From assembly GCA_951406725.2 (NCBI GenBank), contig OX597824.1, positions 20,212,001 to 20,276,000 of the forward strand: a stretch of 64,000 nt of DNA, in the 5' to 3' direction. Within the stretch, counting starts at the first letter, position 1. Every line of letters begins with the position of its first letter. Positions 14,716 to 27,300 of this stretch are shown in pieces. The notes below the pieces were generated by a model. That model was not told where the DNA came from. It saw only the letters and a program-made list of their open reading frames with translations, and made no database searches. The position numbers and the translations under genes are program-made. This DNA is from Octopus vulgaris (Eukaryota).

Positions 14716-15134
14716 CATGCATTAATGCGTGTGCGAGTGGCTATAGTGTTGCACCTTGTGGCGGTGGTGGTGGTGGGGGGGAGCGCAAGAACTTGCACGT
14801 GTGAATGCGTGTGTAATTGCATACGTCTTGAGTGCATATCAATGTACGTATGTATACATTTGTATTAATGTTATGTGTGTAGGAGTGTGTGCATGTGTGT
14901 GTTTGTGTGTTTGTGTGTGTGTGAGTGTGTGTCCTTTATTAAGCTGTACGCTCATCGATCTTCGTTAGACTATTACACTAAATATGTGTGCGTGTGCGAG
15001 CGCGTGTATATATATATATATATATATTCATGTGTGGTGGTGGTGGTGGTGGTGGTGGTGGTGGTGGAGGTGGTGTTATCAGTAAGTACATCAGTGAAGA
15101 GAGATACAGGAGCAGCGGAAGAAAGAGGGGGAAG

Positions 15135-15155
15135 ATGAAGGAAGAAGAAGAAGAT

Positions 15156-15214
<59 letters not shown>

Positions 15215-15445
15215 GGAAGAAGAAGAAGAAGAAGAAGAAGAAGAAGAAGAAGAAGAAATGGAAGAAGTAGAAGAAGAAGAAGAAGTGGAAGAAGAAGAAG
15301 AAGAAGTGGAAGAAGAAGAAGAAGTGGAAGAAGAAGAAGAAGAAAAAAATTGAAGAAGAAGAAAAAGAAGTTGAAGAAATTGAAGAAGAAGAAGAGTTGA
15401 AGAAGAAGAAGAAGATGAAGAAGAAGAAGAGGAGGAGGAGGAAAA
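15135..15445. repeat. (GAA)n microsatellite
   Basis: Directly visible. Confidence 0.95.
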
Positions 15446-15889
15446 AGAAGAGTGAGTGAGTGAGTAAAGTATGAAGACAGTGACGTCATTAACAATAAAA
15501 TTAAGGCCAGGCCAATGTACGGCAACGAATGGGGGAGACAGGGTGACAGCGGGGGATGTGGGGGGGGGAGTCGGATAAAGAAAATTATAAACCACACTCG
15601 AAGTTTTAGTGGGAGAGGAAGGAGATTTTCTGAAGGAATCTTCTAAACCCCCAACGCGGGCGCACGCACGCACACACACACTCACGCACACGCACACGCA
15701 CACACAGAGAAACTTACACGCACACAGACATGTATTCACACTGGCGTGGAAGGAGAGTGTGAGAGTGCAAGAAGGGAGAGTGTGAGGCGATCGATGGGGT
15801 GAGGTAAGAGTGAAGGGATGAGATTAGATATCGTACACTGACAGATAGACCTAAACGAGAGGCATCGATATGAATAGATAAGGAAGTAC

Positions 15890-15959
<70 letters not shown>

Positions 15960-16016
15960 CGTGTGTATATATACGTGCATATATATATATATGTGCTTGT
16001 GTAGATACACACACAC

Positions 16017-16069
<53 letters not shown>

Positions 16070-16113
16070 CACACACACTACCATGTCCGTCAAAATATAA
16101 CAACACCAACATC

Positions 16114-16203
<90 letters not shown>

Positions 16204-16600
16204 GTTGGAAGTTGAAATTTCAAGTTACTCTGAATTTTTCGATTCCGGTATTGTTTATCTGGGTGCTTGAAAGAATGGCTATGTTGATAGAAACATGCAT
16301 TAAGCGTGTTTGCAATTCATCCGCTAATTGTTTGACTGAACTTTAATGCAATAACCACCCCACCCCCACCCCGCTCCCACCCCCACCCCACCCCCAAAAA
16401 GAAGAAACGTAAGAATCATATTTCAAAGACAATAGGGAATATGTTTAATGTTTAGAAAGGTTTTGATTGGATGAGATTGAAGTAAAAGCGTCTTAATGGT
16501 TAATAACCTAATTATTGTGAACATGATAAATGAAAGGATGGCAAAGTGCTGGGGATTCGTCAGTTTGGATAAAAAGGAAACGAAGAAAAGTAGAGATGTA

Positions 16601-16639
<39 letters not shown>

Positions 16640-16946
16640 CAAAATGGGACAAGAACGCAAAACATCCGGACAACTAGGTGATACACAAAAAGGGGCAACA
16701 AAACATCCAGATAGACGATACAAAAACACAAGGACGGGTCATTCGAAGCTTCTTATCTTCAGACAAGAACCGTATCGTCCTCGCAGTATAAATAAATAAA
16801 TAATTGTGAAGAAAAACTAGTTCTTAAAGGTAAAATGAAATTTAGCGAGTGTGAAATTTATACAGTTGTGTGAGAGAGCCAAATTGAGCGAGTGTGTTAA
16901 CTCAATACAGTAAATTGAAAATATAAAACTCGTATATATACATATA

Positions 16947-17106
16947 TACGACGGGCTTCTTTCAGTTTCCGTCTACTAAATCCACTCACAAGGCTTTGGT
17001 CGGCCCGAGGCTATAGTGGAAGACACTTGCCCAAGGTGCCATGCAGAGGGAGTGAATCCGGAACCATGTGTTTGGTAAGCAAGCTACTTACCACACAGCC
17101 ACTCCT
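16947..17106 (-). mobile_element. SINE family A, 5' half
   Basis: acgacgggcttctttcagtttccgtctac...ccacacagccactcct. Confidence 0.9.
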
Positions 17107-17257
17107 AATCTAAAGCTTTTGAAAGGCAATTACAGTTTTTGGATAATTGTTTGATGCAATACAATGACAGATGGAAGTTGAGAGTCTAATAATGATTTAA
17201 GAAAATCTTTTTGAAATGAATTGGCTGAAAGAGCAAGTAAAACGTTTTTAGTAAGAA

Positions 17258-17661
17258 CTAGCAGTATCGCCCGGCGTTGCTCGGGTTTGTAAGGGAAATA
17301 ACTATATAAGCATTTTTAGAGAGTTATAGCCAAAATATAGCAAAAAAATGCATTAAAAATGGAAAAAAACATGATGGTAAATTTTTTTTTAAATCGTTGA
17401 CTCATCGTAGACATTTTTAGAGAGTTACTTCCCTTATATAATAGCGAGAAAAATGCATTAAAATGGAAAAAAATGATGGTAAATTATTTTTTAAAATCGT
17501 AGACTCATCGTAGACGCGCGCTAATACCCAGAAGGGCTCGATATGAATCACGACTTTAAGATACCCGGTTTTGGTTAAACTGCACCGCAAAATGTGGGAG
17601 TAGTTAGGAATCTAAATCGTAGGAGACAGACAGCACACAACCTCTCTTTTATATATAAAGA
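17258..17661 (-). mobile_element. Non-autonomous Helitron (~404 bp)
   Basis: Minus strand starts A|TCTTTATATATAAAAG and ends with the GC hairpin cccgagcaacgccggg followed by CTAG|T; inserted in an AT site with no TSD; internal ~100-bp tandem duplication. Confidence 0.85.
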
Positions 17662-18169
17662 TATCTAACTTTAATGAACGTTCTGCCGAAGTTGCTGCCA
17701 GTTTTCGTCCGACTAAAGTGCACGCTGAATCGCTAACCATCGGAACAGTTTCGATTTGTGCAAAATGTGCTGTGGAGAGATGTGTCACATTAAATGGTGG
17801 CTGTTGTCATTGTCCAGGAAATGCAGCAGACGCCACAGCATTTGTGCTTGCCTGCGCATCATGATGCACGATACAGCGACGCCTAGCAAGTAGCGATGCC
17901 CCCCCCGCTCTGATCAACGCTCCGCGGAAGCCATATGCTCCCGGATCTTATTCTACGATGGAGAACAAATCCGGTATAGGAAGTGAAAGCTGTCGCGAAT
18001 GGATCTACTAGGAACTGCATACATTTGTGTGTCTCGGAAAGAGAAGCTTTCAATGACGCAAGATCAAGTGTAACTTGCAACGGGAATTCAATAATTAATC
18101 TTCATTTTTTTCACTCTCTTTTTCTCTCCCTCTCTTCCTTTCCTCCTCCTCCTCCACCTCCTCTCTCAG

Positions 18170-18200
<31 letters not shown>

Positions 18201-18458
18201 TTCTCACACACATACACACGCAGATATTGATAATCAATGCAAATAAAATTCGTATCATTCAGGCTAAAATTATAAAAATGAATGCATACTTTGTATCCGA
18301 AAAAAAACGAAAAATTGAAAGTGTGAAAAAACAGTCTCGCCAAAAATAGACAAACCAGCATCCGACAAAAATGATTGCCACGTAAATAAAGGATCGAACC
18401 TTACTTGTCAACAAAAATAAAATTGTAAATGGACTCGCAAAAAATATGTCTGTATTCT

Positions 18459-19057
18459 TATTTCTTTATTGCTCACAAGGGGCTAAACACAGAGGGGACA
18501 AACAAGGACAGACAACGGGTTTAAGTCGATTACATCGACCCCAGTGCGTAACTGGTACTTAATTTATCGAACCCGAAAGGATGAAAGGCAAAGTCGACCT
18601 CGGCGGAATTTGAACTCAGAAAATAAAGACAGACGAAATACCTATTTCTTTACTACCCACAGGGGGCTAAACACAGAGAGGACAAGCAAGGACAGACAAA
18701 CGGGTTAAGTCGATTACATCGACCCCAGTGCGTAACTGGTATTTATTTAATCGACCCCGAAAGGATGAAAGACAAAGTCGACCTCGGCGGAATTTGAACT
18801 CAGAACGTAACGGCAGACGAAATACCTATTTCTTTACTACCCCCAAGGGGCTAAACACAGAGGGAACAAACAATGGCAGACAAACTGATTAAGATGATTA
18901 GATCGACCCCAGTGCGTAACTGGTACTTAATTTATCGACCCCGATAGGATGAAAGGCAAAGTCGACCTCGGCGAATTTGAACTCAGAACGTAGCTGCAGA
19001 CGAAATGCCGCTAACCATTTCACCCGGCGTGCTAACGTTTCTGCCAGCTCGCTGCCT
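18459..19057 (-). mobile_element. SINE family B multimer: one head plus three ~184-bp bodies
   Basis: Junction cagacgaaatacc|tatttctttactac at ~18642 and ~18826; a single head ending near 19057. Confidence 0.92.
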
Positions 19058-19649
19058 TAAGTCTATTCTACGTTCATATTTTACAGCCATAATTTATCCT
19101 TCAAAAACGAAACTATGACAATATATTTGTGTACAATTAGAAAGGAAACAAGGCTGAATTAAACGTAACGTGGGTCCTGGAACAGTAGGTAAATTGCAAA
19201 TAAATATATACAAAGCCAGAAAATATTAGAAATCGAACACTTAAAAATGAAAAACGAACTTCAAAAACATCAATAATGAACAGAAACAATGGAATTAAAA
19301 CAAAACAATGATAATGTAGACTACAAAGAATAAACTTAACACGGAAAATAAGGTAAATAACAAAACAAAATTCTGCAACAGCTATGGAATACTGATCGAC
19401 AAAAACCAAGCCAGAACAACACAAGCTAAAATATGAATTAAAAATAGTAAATTTGGAAAATATAAGAATAAAACTACCGAGAGGTGGAAATTTTTCGCAG
19501 AATTAAGATCAATAGATTTTTGAGTATCTGGGAAGGATAATTTTGAAGATTAAAATAGCAAGGTCACTGGAAAAGTGAGAAAGTAGCCATTGTATGCTTA
19601 AGAAGAATTGAAACGGCCATCAATGTCCACCAGGTCAAAGGAAATTATA

Positions 19650-19680
19650 CAGGGTGTTCAAAAAGTCTCTCCGCAGTGAA
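19650..19680 (+). mobile_element. Possible Tc1/mariner terminal inverted repeat fragment
   Basis: TA|CAGGGTGTTCAAAAAGTCTCTCCGCAGTG; partner end not found. Confidence 0.35.
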
Positions 19681-19711
19681 GTTTTGTCATCCAAGATGTC
19701 TTTCAAAACAT

Positions 19712-19847
19712 ACTCTTACTCTTTTTAACTCTTTTATTTGTTTCATTCATTTGACTGTGGCCATGCTGGAGCACCGCCTTTAGTCGAGCAAATCGACCCC
19801 AGGACTTATTCTTTGTAAGCCTAGTACTTATTCTACCGGTCGCTTTT
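19712..19847 (-). mobile_element. SINE family A, 3' portion
   Basis: catttgactgtggccatgctggagcaccgcctttagtcgagcaaatcgaccccaggacttatt. Confidence 0.88.
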
Positions 19848-19893
19848 GACACCTGATGAAGGCTGGAGGGTACATCAACCGAAATGCTGTGTT
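19848..19893 (+). ncRNA. Hammerhead-ribozyme-like motif (family H1, decayed)
   Basis: GACAC CUGAUGA A GGCUG-GAGGGUACAU-CAACC GAAA UGCU GUGUU; followed by the same tail (to ~19956) as the 36931-37308 element. Confidence 0.6.
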
Positions 19894-20424
19894 AACAACA
19901 AACAAGATAAGGACGAATATCCATCAAATGTAAATAATGTAAATAATGTAAATAATTACTAAAACGTTTATGTATTTGATTTTCAAGGTTCCTGACGTTA
20001 AATCAGTGTTGAAACATATATTATTATGCTTCGGGATGATCATAATTTTTTTTTCCAAATAGACACATGCATTCTATATTCGTTGTTATTCACTTATCGT
20101 TCTTATTTCATGACCTTTGTTTGGAAATCTTTCGTCACACACTCTGTGACCTCTTCTACAACTCCACATACCACGCGTCTCCTCCTGTTCTGTTTTGTCC
20201 ATTCTAAAACAGAGTTGGAAAAAGATGAGAAAAATATTACAGAAAAACCTTCAAATAGTAGTAGAAATCAATGAACGACTGGGACGAGACCCTCGCTAAA
20301 TCGCAAAGAATCTGACGGCATGGAAAACTCCTAGGATTTTTTTAAACAAAACCAATTGTTCGAGCCTAGTTCAGAATGGTTTTATCAAGAATGACTTTCC
20401 TTAGATTTTTGAGGGTTTTTTTTT

Positions 20425-20647
20425 TAATACTTATTTCGGCCATTGAACTACGACCATTCTGAGGCACCAGCTTCAAGGATTTAGTCAAACAAATCGAAAT
20501 GAGTACTTTTTTCTGCTTTTGGTCAAGTACTTATCCTACCGGTATCTTTTGTCGAACCGCTATGTCACGGGAACGTAAGCAAACCAACGCAAGTTTTCAA
20601 GTGATGGTGTTACAAACACAAGCACAAAGACACACATACGATGGATG

Positions 20648-20685
<38 letters not shown>

Positions 20686-20702
20686 CAGATAGACAGACAG
20701 AC

Positions 20703-20763
<61 letters not shown>

Positions 20764-20794
20764 AATAGACAGACAGATAGACAGACAGACAGAC

Positions 20795-20869
<75 letters not shown>

Positions 20870-20890
20870 TAGACAGACAGACAGACAGAC

Positions 20891-20932
<42 letters not shown>

Positions 20933-20994
20933 TTAGATAGATAGACAGACAGACAGACATACAGATAGACAGACAGATAGACAGACAGACAGAC

Positions 20995-21069
<75 letters not shown>

Positions 21070-21225
21070 CTACGGGCTTCCACACAGTTTCTTCTACCAA
21101 ATCCACTCACAAAGCATTGATCGATCTGGTGCTATCGTTGAAGGCACTTGCTCAATGTGCCACGCAGTGAAACTGAACACGAAACTTCGAGGTTGTAAAA
21201 CGAACTTCTTAACCACACATCCATG
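20425..21225 (-). mobile_element. Old, diverged SINE family A with an internal (GATA/GACA)n expansion
   Basis: Degenerate 3' half at 20425-20640 and 5' half at 21070-21225. Confidence 0.75.
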
Positions 21226-21502
21226 GTCAGGCGTTGGCCTGCATCGGCAAGACTTGTATTATTTAGTAAGAACGATGAAAAGAGAATAGTGAATTTGCTT
21301 TTGGGGTGGGGTTAAAAAACTTAATATTTTCGACAGAGACCTTCTCCAAGGAAAAGTTGGAAGAAAAGAAATTAATATGAAGAATTTCTAACTGGAGATA
21401 CCTTACATGTTTCCTCCTACATGTATAATTCTGTAGCACCTATAACCAAATGAAGCACATGTAATGGTGAACAAATAATACCGAAAATTTTCCAATGTCC
21501 TG

Positions 21503-21663
21503 TAGGAGTGGCTGTGTGGTAAGTAGCTTGCTTACGAACCACATGGTTCCGGGTTCAGTCCCACTGCGTGGCACCTTGGGCAAGTGTCTTCTACTATAGC
21601 CTCGGGCCAACCAAAGCCTTGTGAGTGGATTTGGTAGATGGAAACTGAAAGAAGCCCATCGTA

Positions 21664-21734
<71 letters not shown>

Positions 21735-21955
21735 ATCTGTATATGTTTGTGTGTCTGTGTTTGTCCCCCCAACATCGCTTGACAACCGATGCTGGTGTTT
21801 TTACGTCCCCGTAACTTAACGGTTCGGCAAAATAGACCGATAGAATAAGTACTAGGCATACAAAGAATAAGTCCTGGGGTCAAATTGGTCGACTAAAGGC
21901 GGTGCTCCAGCATGGCCACAGTCACATGACTGAAACAAGTAAAAGAGTGAAGAGT
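21503..21955 (+). mobile_element. Full-length SINE family A
   Basis: Head ggagtggctgtgtggtaag...gggttcagtccc (A/B-box-like), ccttgggcaagt core, tail gactgaaacaagtaaaagag. Confidence 0.93.
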
Positions 21956-22247
21956 ATATTTGTATATTGGCGTGGCTGTGTAGTAAGAAGTTTCCTTCCC
22001 AAACACACTGTTCTGGGTTCGGTCCCACTGCGTACGTGCATGTGTGTGTGAGCGTGTGTGTGTGTGTGTGTGTGTATGTGTGCATTCAAAGCTGTTTTAA
22101 TTTAAACTCTATCGCAATTTTTATTCATTCATTCTGAAGTAACCAAACCCCGGCCCCTTCAAAATATTGCAACGTCTCACCTTTAGAAACGCAGGCTAAA
22201 AACCATCACAACAGGAAGGAAAGAAAAGGTTTTAGCTTACCAAAGAA

Positions 22248-22479
22248 ATACATATTTCTTTACTATCCACAAAGGGCTAAACACAGAGGGGACAAAAAAG
22301 AACAGACAAATGGATTAAGTCGATTACATCGACCCCAGTGCGTAAGTGGTACTTATTTAATCGACCCCGAAAGGATGAAAGGCAAAGTCGACCTCGGCGG
22401 AATTTGAACGTAACGGCAGACGAAATACTGCTACGCATTTCGCCCGGCGCGCTAACGTTTCTGCCAGCTCGCCGCTTTT
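22248..22479 (-). mobile_element. Full-length monomeric SINE family B with 12-bp TSD
   Basis: cttaccaaagaa at 22236-22247 and 22480-22491. Confidence 0.92.
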
Positions 22480-22499
22480 CTTACCAAAGAACTACAGCC

Positions 22500-23048
22500 A
22501 GATCTAAACGTATTTCACGCCGTTGCGTCGAAGCATGAGAACAATGCTTCATTCATCATACCTCTGCTTTATAACGGCAAGTTTCTATTATCAGAAATGG
22601 AACAGATATTACGCAAGAAATCCAGTTCGGTGTACAGTGACCTTATCGATATTGATCCATGGATAAATTATATAACTCGGAAGGCATTCATTATATATAT
22701 CGAGGTCTGTAGAGGAGACTTTAAAGAGGTTAACATTAATAAGGTTATCAACCTAATAAGAATTCTTGCTATTTGAACGGTTTAAAGGAATGCTGTCGTC
22801 AATTAGTAACACCTCTGCAGAAATTCTGGCATTATGTCGAAAGATGTATTCTTGATAATGTTTTTTCTCAAAGCATTATACAAATCTAAAGAAAAACCAA
22901 AAAATCTCTTCACGGACAATTTAAGACGGTATTCCTTGTGACTTATATCGAATAATGCTATCAAAATTAACCGAATACCTCGGAAATTAGAACTCCATGT
23001 CTTTAAAATATATCAAGGATTTTTGTATTGACGGAGAGAGCTTAAACT

Positions 23049-23115
<67 letters not shown>

Positions 23116-23210
23116 CTATCTACATAATGCATAGCCATAAAACTCTAAGGAACTGCTGATGACAATATGCCTGAACTTCAATAAGTCTTTGACCGACTAA
23201 ATCATATATT
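22500..23210 (+). pseudogene. Highly decayed CR1/L2-like reverse-transcriptase remnant
   Basis: Hand translation across frameshifts: DFKEVNINKVINLI, LKECCRQLVTPLQKF, ICLNFN-VFDRLNH, compared with the CR1-type LKECA..L..PL and YLDFSKAFD.V.H motifs. Confidence 0.5.
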
Positions 23211-23228
23211 TTGTGTGTTTGCGTAATT

Positions 23229-23319
<91 letters not shown>

Positions 23320-23789
23320 TCTCAAAAATAGCGTTCGTAATACTTTTTCTCGTTCGGCTTAACAGCCCTTCTTGTCTTGTTATTCTCCGTGTCCTGTCTT
23401 TTACTGCTTATATTTTGTACTGTCGTTACTGTCCTGTTTTTGTTACCATTTTTACCCCTCTGCAAAAAGATCTCAAATTTTATTTAATTTGCTTTTCGCG
23501 TGAAGGAAAGTTTCTATCGAAGATGCGTATCGCCTTCACCTTCGAAACGCAGAGTAGATGAAGCCATGGCGACTGAAGAAGGGGAATTTTCCTTGTGTTA
23601 TTTGTCCTGTACTCTATTTTTTTGTTGTTTAAGAAAAACGTCCAGTTCCTTGGTTTTGTGTTTATGTTTTCGTTTCTCATTGTGTTCGACGTTTTTTTTT
23701 TTTGGTGTCCTGTACCCATATATGCGTGTATAAATACATGTAGAGGTAGGCACGTACATATATGTATGTATATATGCATATGTTTTATT

Positions 23790-23822
<33 letters not shown>

Positions 23823-24061
23823 AGGATGAGATCGTTATTTAAATACCAATCTGATCAGGTGGCCAGCAAGGGAATAAAAACCTTCAAAGGTAATAATTAT
23901 TGTTAAAATTATAATTTAGGGTATCTAAGAGATACCACCACGCTGGAAATAGCAGCCAAAACTTGACTCTAAAACCACATTATATATATATGTGTGTGAG
24001 TGTGTGTGTATGTATGTGTGTGTGTATGTATGTATGTATGTATTGTATATATGTGTGTGAT

Positions 24062-24151
<90 letters not shown>

Positions 24152-24330
24152 ACATACATACATACATATAGGCTATAGTAGAAGACACTTGCCCAAAGTG
24201 TCACGCAGTGGGACTGAACCCAGAAGCGTGTAGTTGGGAAGGAAGCTTTTTACCACACAACAACACAACAACGCGAGGACATGGAACAAGTGTAGTGTTA
24301 TTGGACGCTCAGGAAAGGAAAGAAAGTAGG

Positions 24331-24365
24331 ATTTAACGTTTCGAGCGGAGCTCTTCGTCAGAAAC
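24331..24365 (-). ncRNA. Minimal hammerhead-ribozyme-like motif (family H2)
   Basis: GUUU CUGACGA A GAGC-UCC-GCUC GAAA CGUU AAAU: intact core, stems I and II pair, palindromic ACGU stem III. Confidence 0.7.
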
Positions 24366-24468
24366 ATAGGAAAAGGAAAGATCCAAGGAAGGGAAGACGG
24401 AGGAAAATATTTCCAACGATGCACTCGATCACATCACACACACATATATATATATACACGCACATAGT

Positions 24469-24469
<1 letters not shown>

Positions 24470-24541
<72 letters not shown>

Positions 24542-24721
24542 ATACGTCGGCAGAGAGACAACAGGAGAAAGAAATGCCTATTGTGCAGTATATATGTGCA
24601 TGTAAAGGTATATATACATACATTCATACATACATACCTATGTATATATATATATGTATATATATATATAGAGAGAGAGAGGGAGGGAGAGAGAGAGAAA
24701 TTTACATGCTTGCATGTATAT

Positions 24722-24780
<59 letters not shown>

Positions 24781-25409
24781 TGTGAGTGTGTGTACGCATG
24801 TATATGTGTGTGAGAGCGTATATATAGAGTGTGATCGAGAAAGTGACAGAGGGGAAAGAGATATTTATGTGCATGTATGTATGTATGTATGTATGTATGT
24901 ATGTATGTATGTATGTATGTATATTGAAAATCCTGGTCTATAATCGCATACATATATCCATCAGTAAGGATACATGTCACAATGACTGTACACACACGTC
25001 TGGTATGTAATGTGTCAAGAGCTTGCCATCTTTCTAATCAGCCATGCAATTATATATGCTTTCTGACATTTCTGTGTGTATGTGTGTGTGTATCTATGTA
25101 TGTATGTATGTAAGTATGTGTGTATGTGTGTGTTTGTGTATATATACATGTATGCATGCATGCATGTATGTATGTATGTATGTCCCCATTCATACATCCG
25201 GGCATACCTTAACATGCATGTTCGAACACGTATATATACGCATGCATGCATAGATTGATGCATGTATGCATATATTTATATATATATGTGTGTGTGTGTG
25301 TCTTTGTGTGTGTACACACACGCTCACTCACACACACGCATATATACATATGTATGCACGTATGCATGCATATGCAACATACATATACATATATATATAC
25401 ATATACAGG

Positions 25410-25450
<41 letters not shown>

Positions 25451-25475
25451 ATGTGTGTGAGTGTGTATGTATGTA

Positions 25476-25570
<95 letters not shown>

Positions 25571-25706
25571 GTATATCAGTGCAGTTGAGCAAGCACAGAG
25601 CACTGAAACTCTTGTGTACCAACGAATCTTCATCCTATCTCTAAACCATACATCCGTGTATGGATGTCTACACATACATACACACATAGGTGTATACATA
25701 CGTATA

Positions 25707-25738
<32 letters not shown>

Positions 25739-25747
25739 AATATATTA

Positions 25748-25778
<31 letters not shown>

Positions 25779-25799
25779 GTATATATATATACGTATATA

Positions 25800-25837
<38 letters not shown>

Positions 25838-25979
25838 ACATATATATATATATATATATATATACGCACATATATTCGCATATACGCGTATAAATACATA
25901 TGTATGCGTATACAAAATATATATCTTCTTCCATAAATATACATGAAAAAATATATATATACACATAAATACATATGCA

Positions 25980-26014
<35 letters not shown>

Positions 26015-26181
26015 GCGTGTGTGTGTGTGTGTGTGTTTATACCACGTGCGCATACACACTCAAACGTATACCTTGATAGATGCCGGTATATATTTTCATA
26101 TTAGTAACGTGAAGGTGTATATACACACACACACACACATGCAATTTCATAAGTGCATGCGTGGATATGTCCGTGTATGAA

Positions 26182-26260
<79 letters not shown>
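24470..26260. repeat. Compound (GATA)n/(TATG)n/(TG)n/(TA)n microsatellite field
   Basis: Directly visible. Confidence 0.95.
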
Positions 26261-26262
<2 letters not shown>

Positions 26263-26444
26263 CAGTTAAGGATACGTACCTGCACATTTGAGAACACACA
26301 CACACATACACATACACTGCCTTTCTACTTTTTTCCTTTCCGGACAGATATATTATATATTTTTTCTCTCCTTAGCTGCCTTACACCAAAGCCTTTCCCT
26401 ATTTCGTATCATAAACCAGCCTTCAGGAAGTTGGATAATCTACA

Positions 26445-26519
26445 TTCTCCTTCTTTCCTCTTCTTCTTCTTCTCCTTCTTCTTCTTCTTCTTCTCCTTCT
26501 TCTTCTTCTTCTTCTTCTT

Positions 26520-26550
<31 letters not shown>

Positions 26551-27300
26551 TCCTTCTCCTCCTCCTCCTCCTCCTTCATCATCTTCTTCTTCTTCTTCTT
26601 CTTCTTCTCCTCCACTTCCTCCTCCTCCTCCTTCTTCCTCTTCCTCTTCCTCTTCTTCTATTACTACTTTCGGTTTCACGCTCTTCTTTTCCTCCTCTCC
26701 TTCCCCTTCCTTCTTCGTTCTCCTTTTCTTCTTCTAGCGCTTCTTTCTTCTTCATCTTATTCTTCTCTTTCGTCTACATCTTCGTTTTCTTCTCCCTTTT
26801 CCACCATCTTCTCCTTCACCCTGATCCCCCTCTTCTTTTCCTTCTTCTCCTCCTCCTCCTCCTCCTTCATCATCCTCCCCCTTCACCTTTTCCCCTCTTT
26901 CTTCTCCTCCCTCCTTTTTCTTCTTCCTTTTCTTCTACTCTTCGTTCTTTTTTTTTCTTCGTAGTCTCTATCATATTCTTTCTCTTCTCCTTCTTTTCCA
27001 CCATCTCCCCCTTCTTCCTCTTCTTCTCCTTCCCTTCCTCCTCCTTCCGCATCCACCTTCTCCTTCACCTCTTCCTCCTCCTTTTTGCTCACCATCTTTC
27101 TTTTCTTCCTCCTTTTTCCTCGTTTTCTTCTTGTTCTTCTCCGTCATCTTCATTTTCTTCTCCTCATCCTCACCCTTCTCCTCCTCACGCTCATCCTCCA
27201 CCATCTCCCTCTTCGTCTTCGTCCTCGCCTCCTCTTCCTTCCTGCTTCTTCTCTCTCTCTTTTTTTTACTCCTTTTTTACTTCAATTTATTTAGATTTTT
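26445..27300. repeat. Degenerate pyrimidine tract (CTT/CCT)n
   Basis: Directly visible. Confidence 0.93.

Noticed and set aside
13324-14868. Cys-rich ORFs resembling metallothionein or keratin-associated proteins
   Set aside because: Translation of degenerate (TG)n
16715-16785. Hammerhead on the minus strand (ctgaaga...cgaat)
   Set aside because: GAAU instead of GAAA and no stem I complementarity
23530-23590. Type II hammerhead (ttcgaaacgcagagta...ctgaagaagggg)
   Set aside because: Core words are present but stem I does not pair in register; possibly a PLE-type terminus, unsupported as a ribozyme
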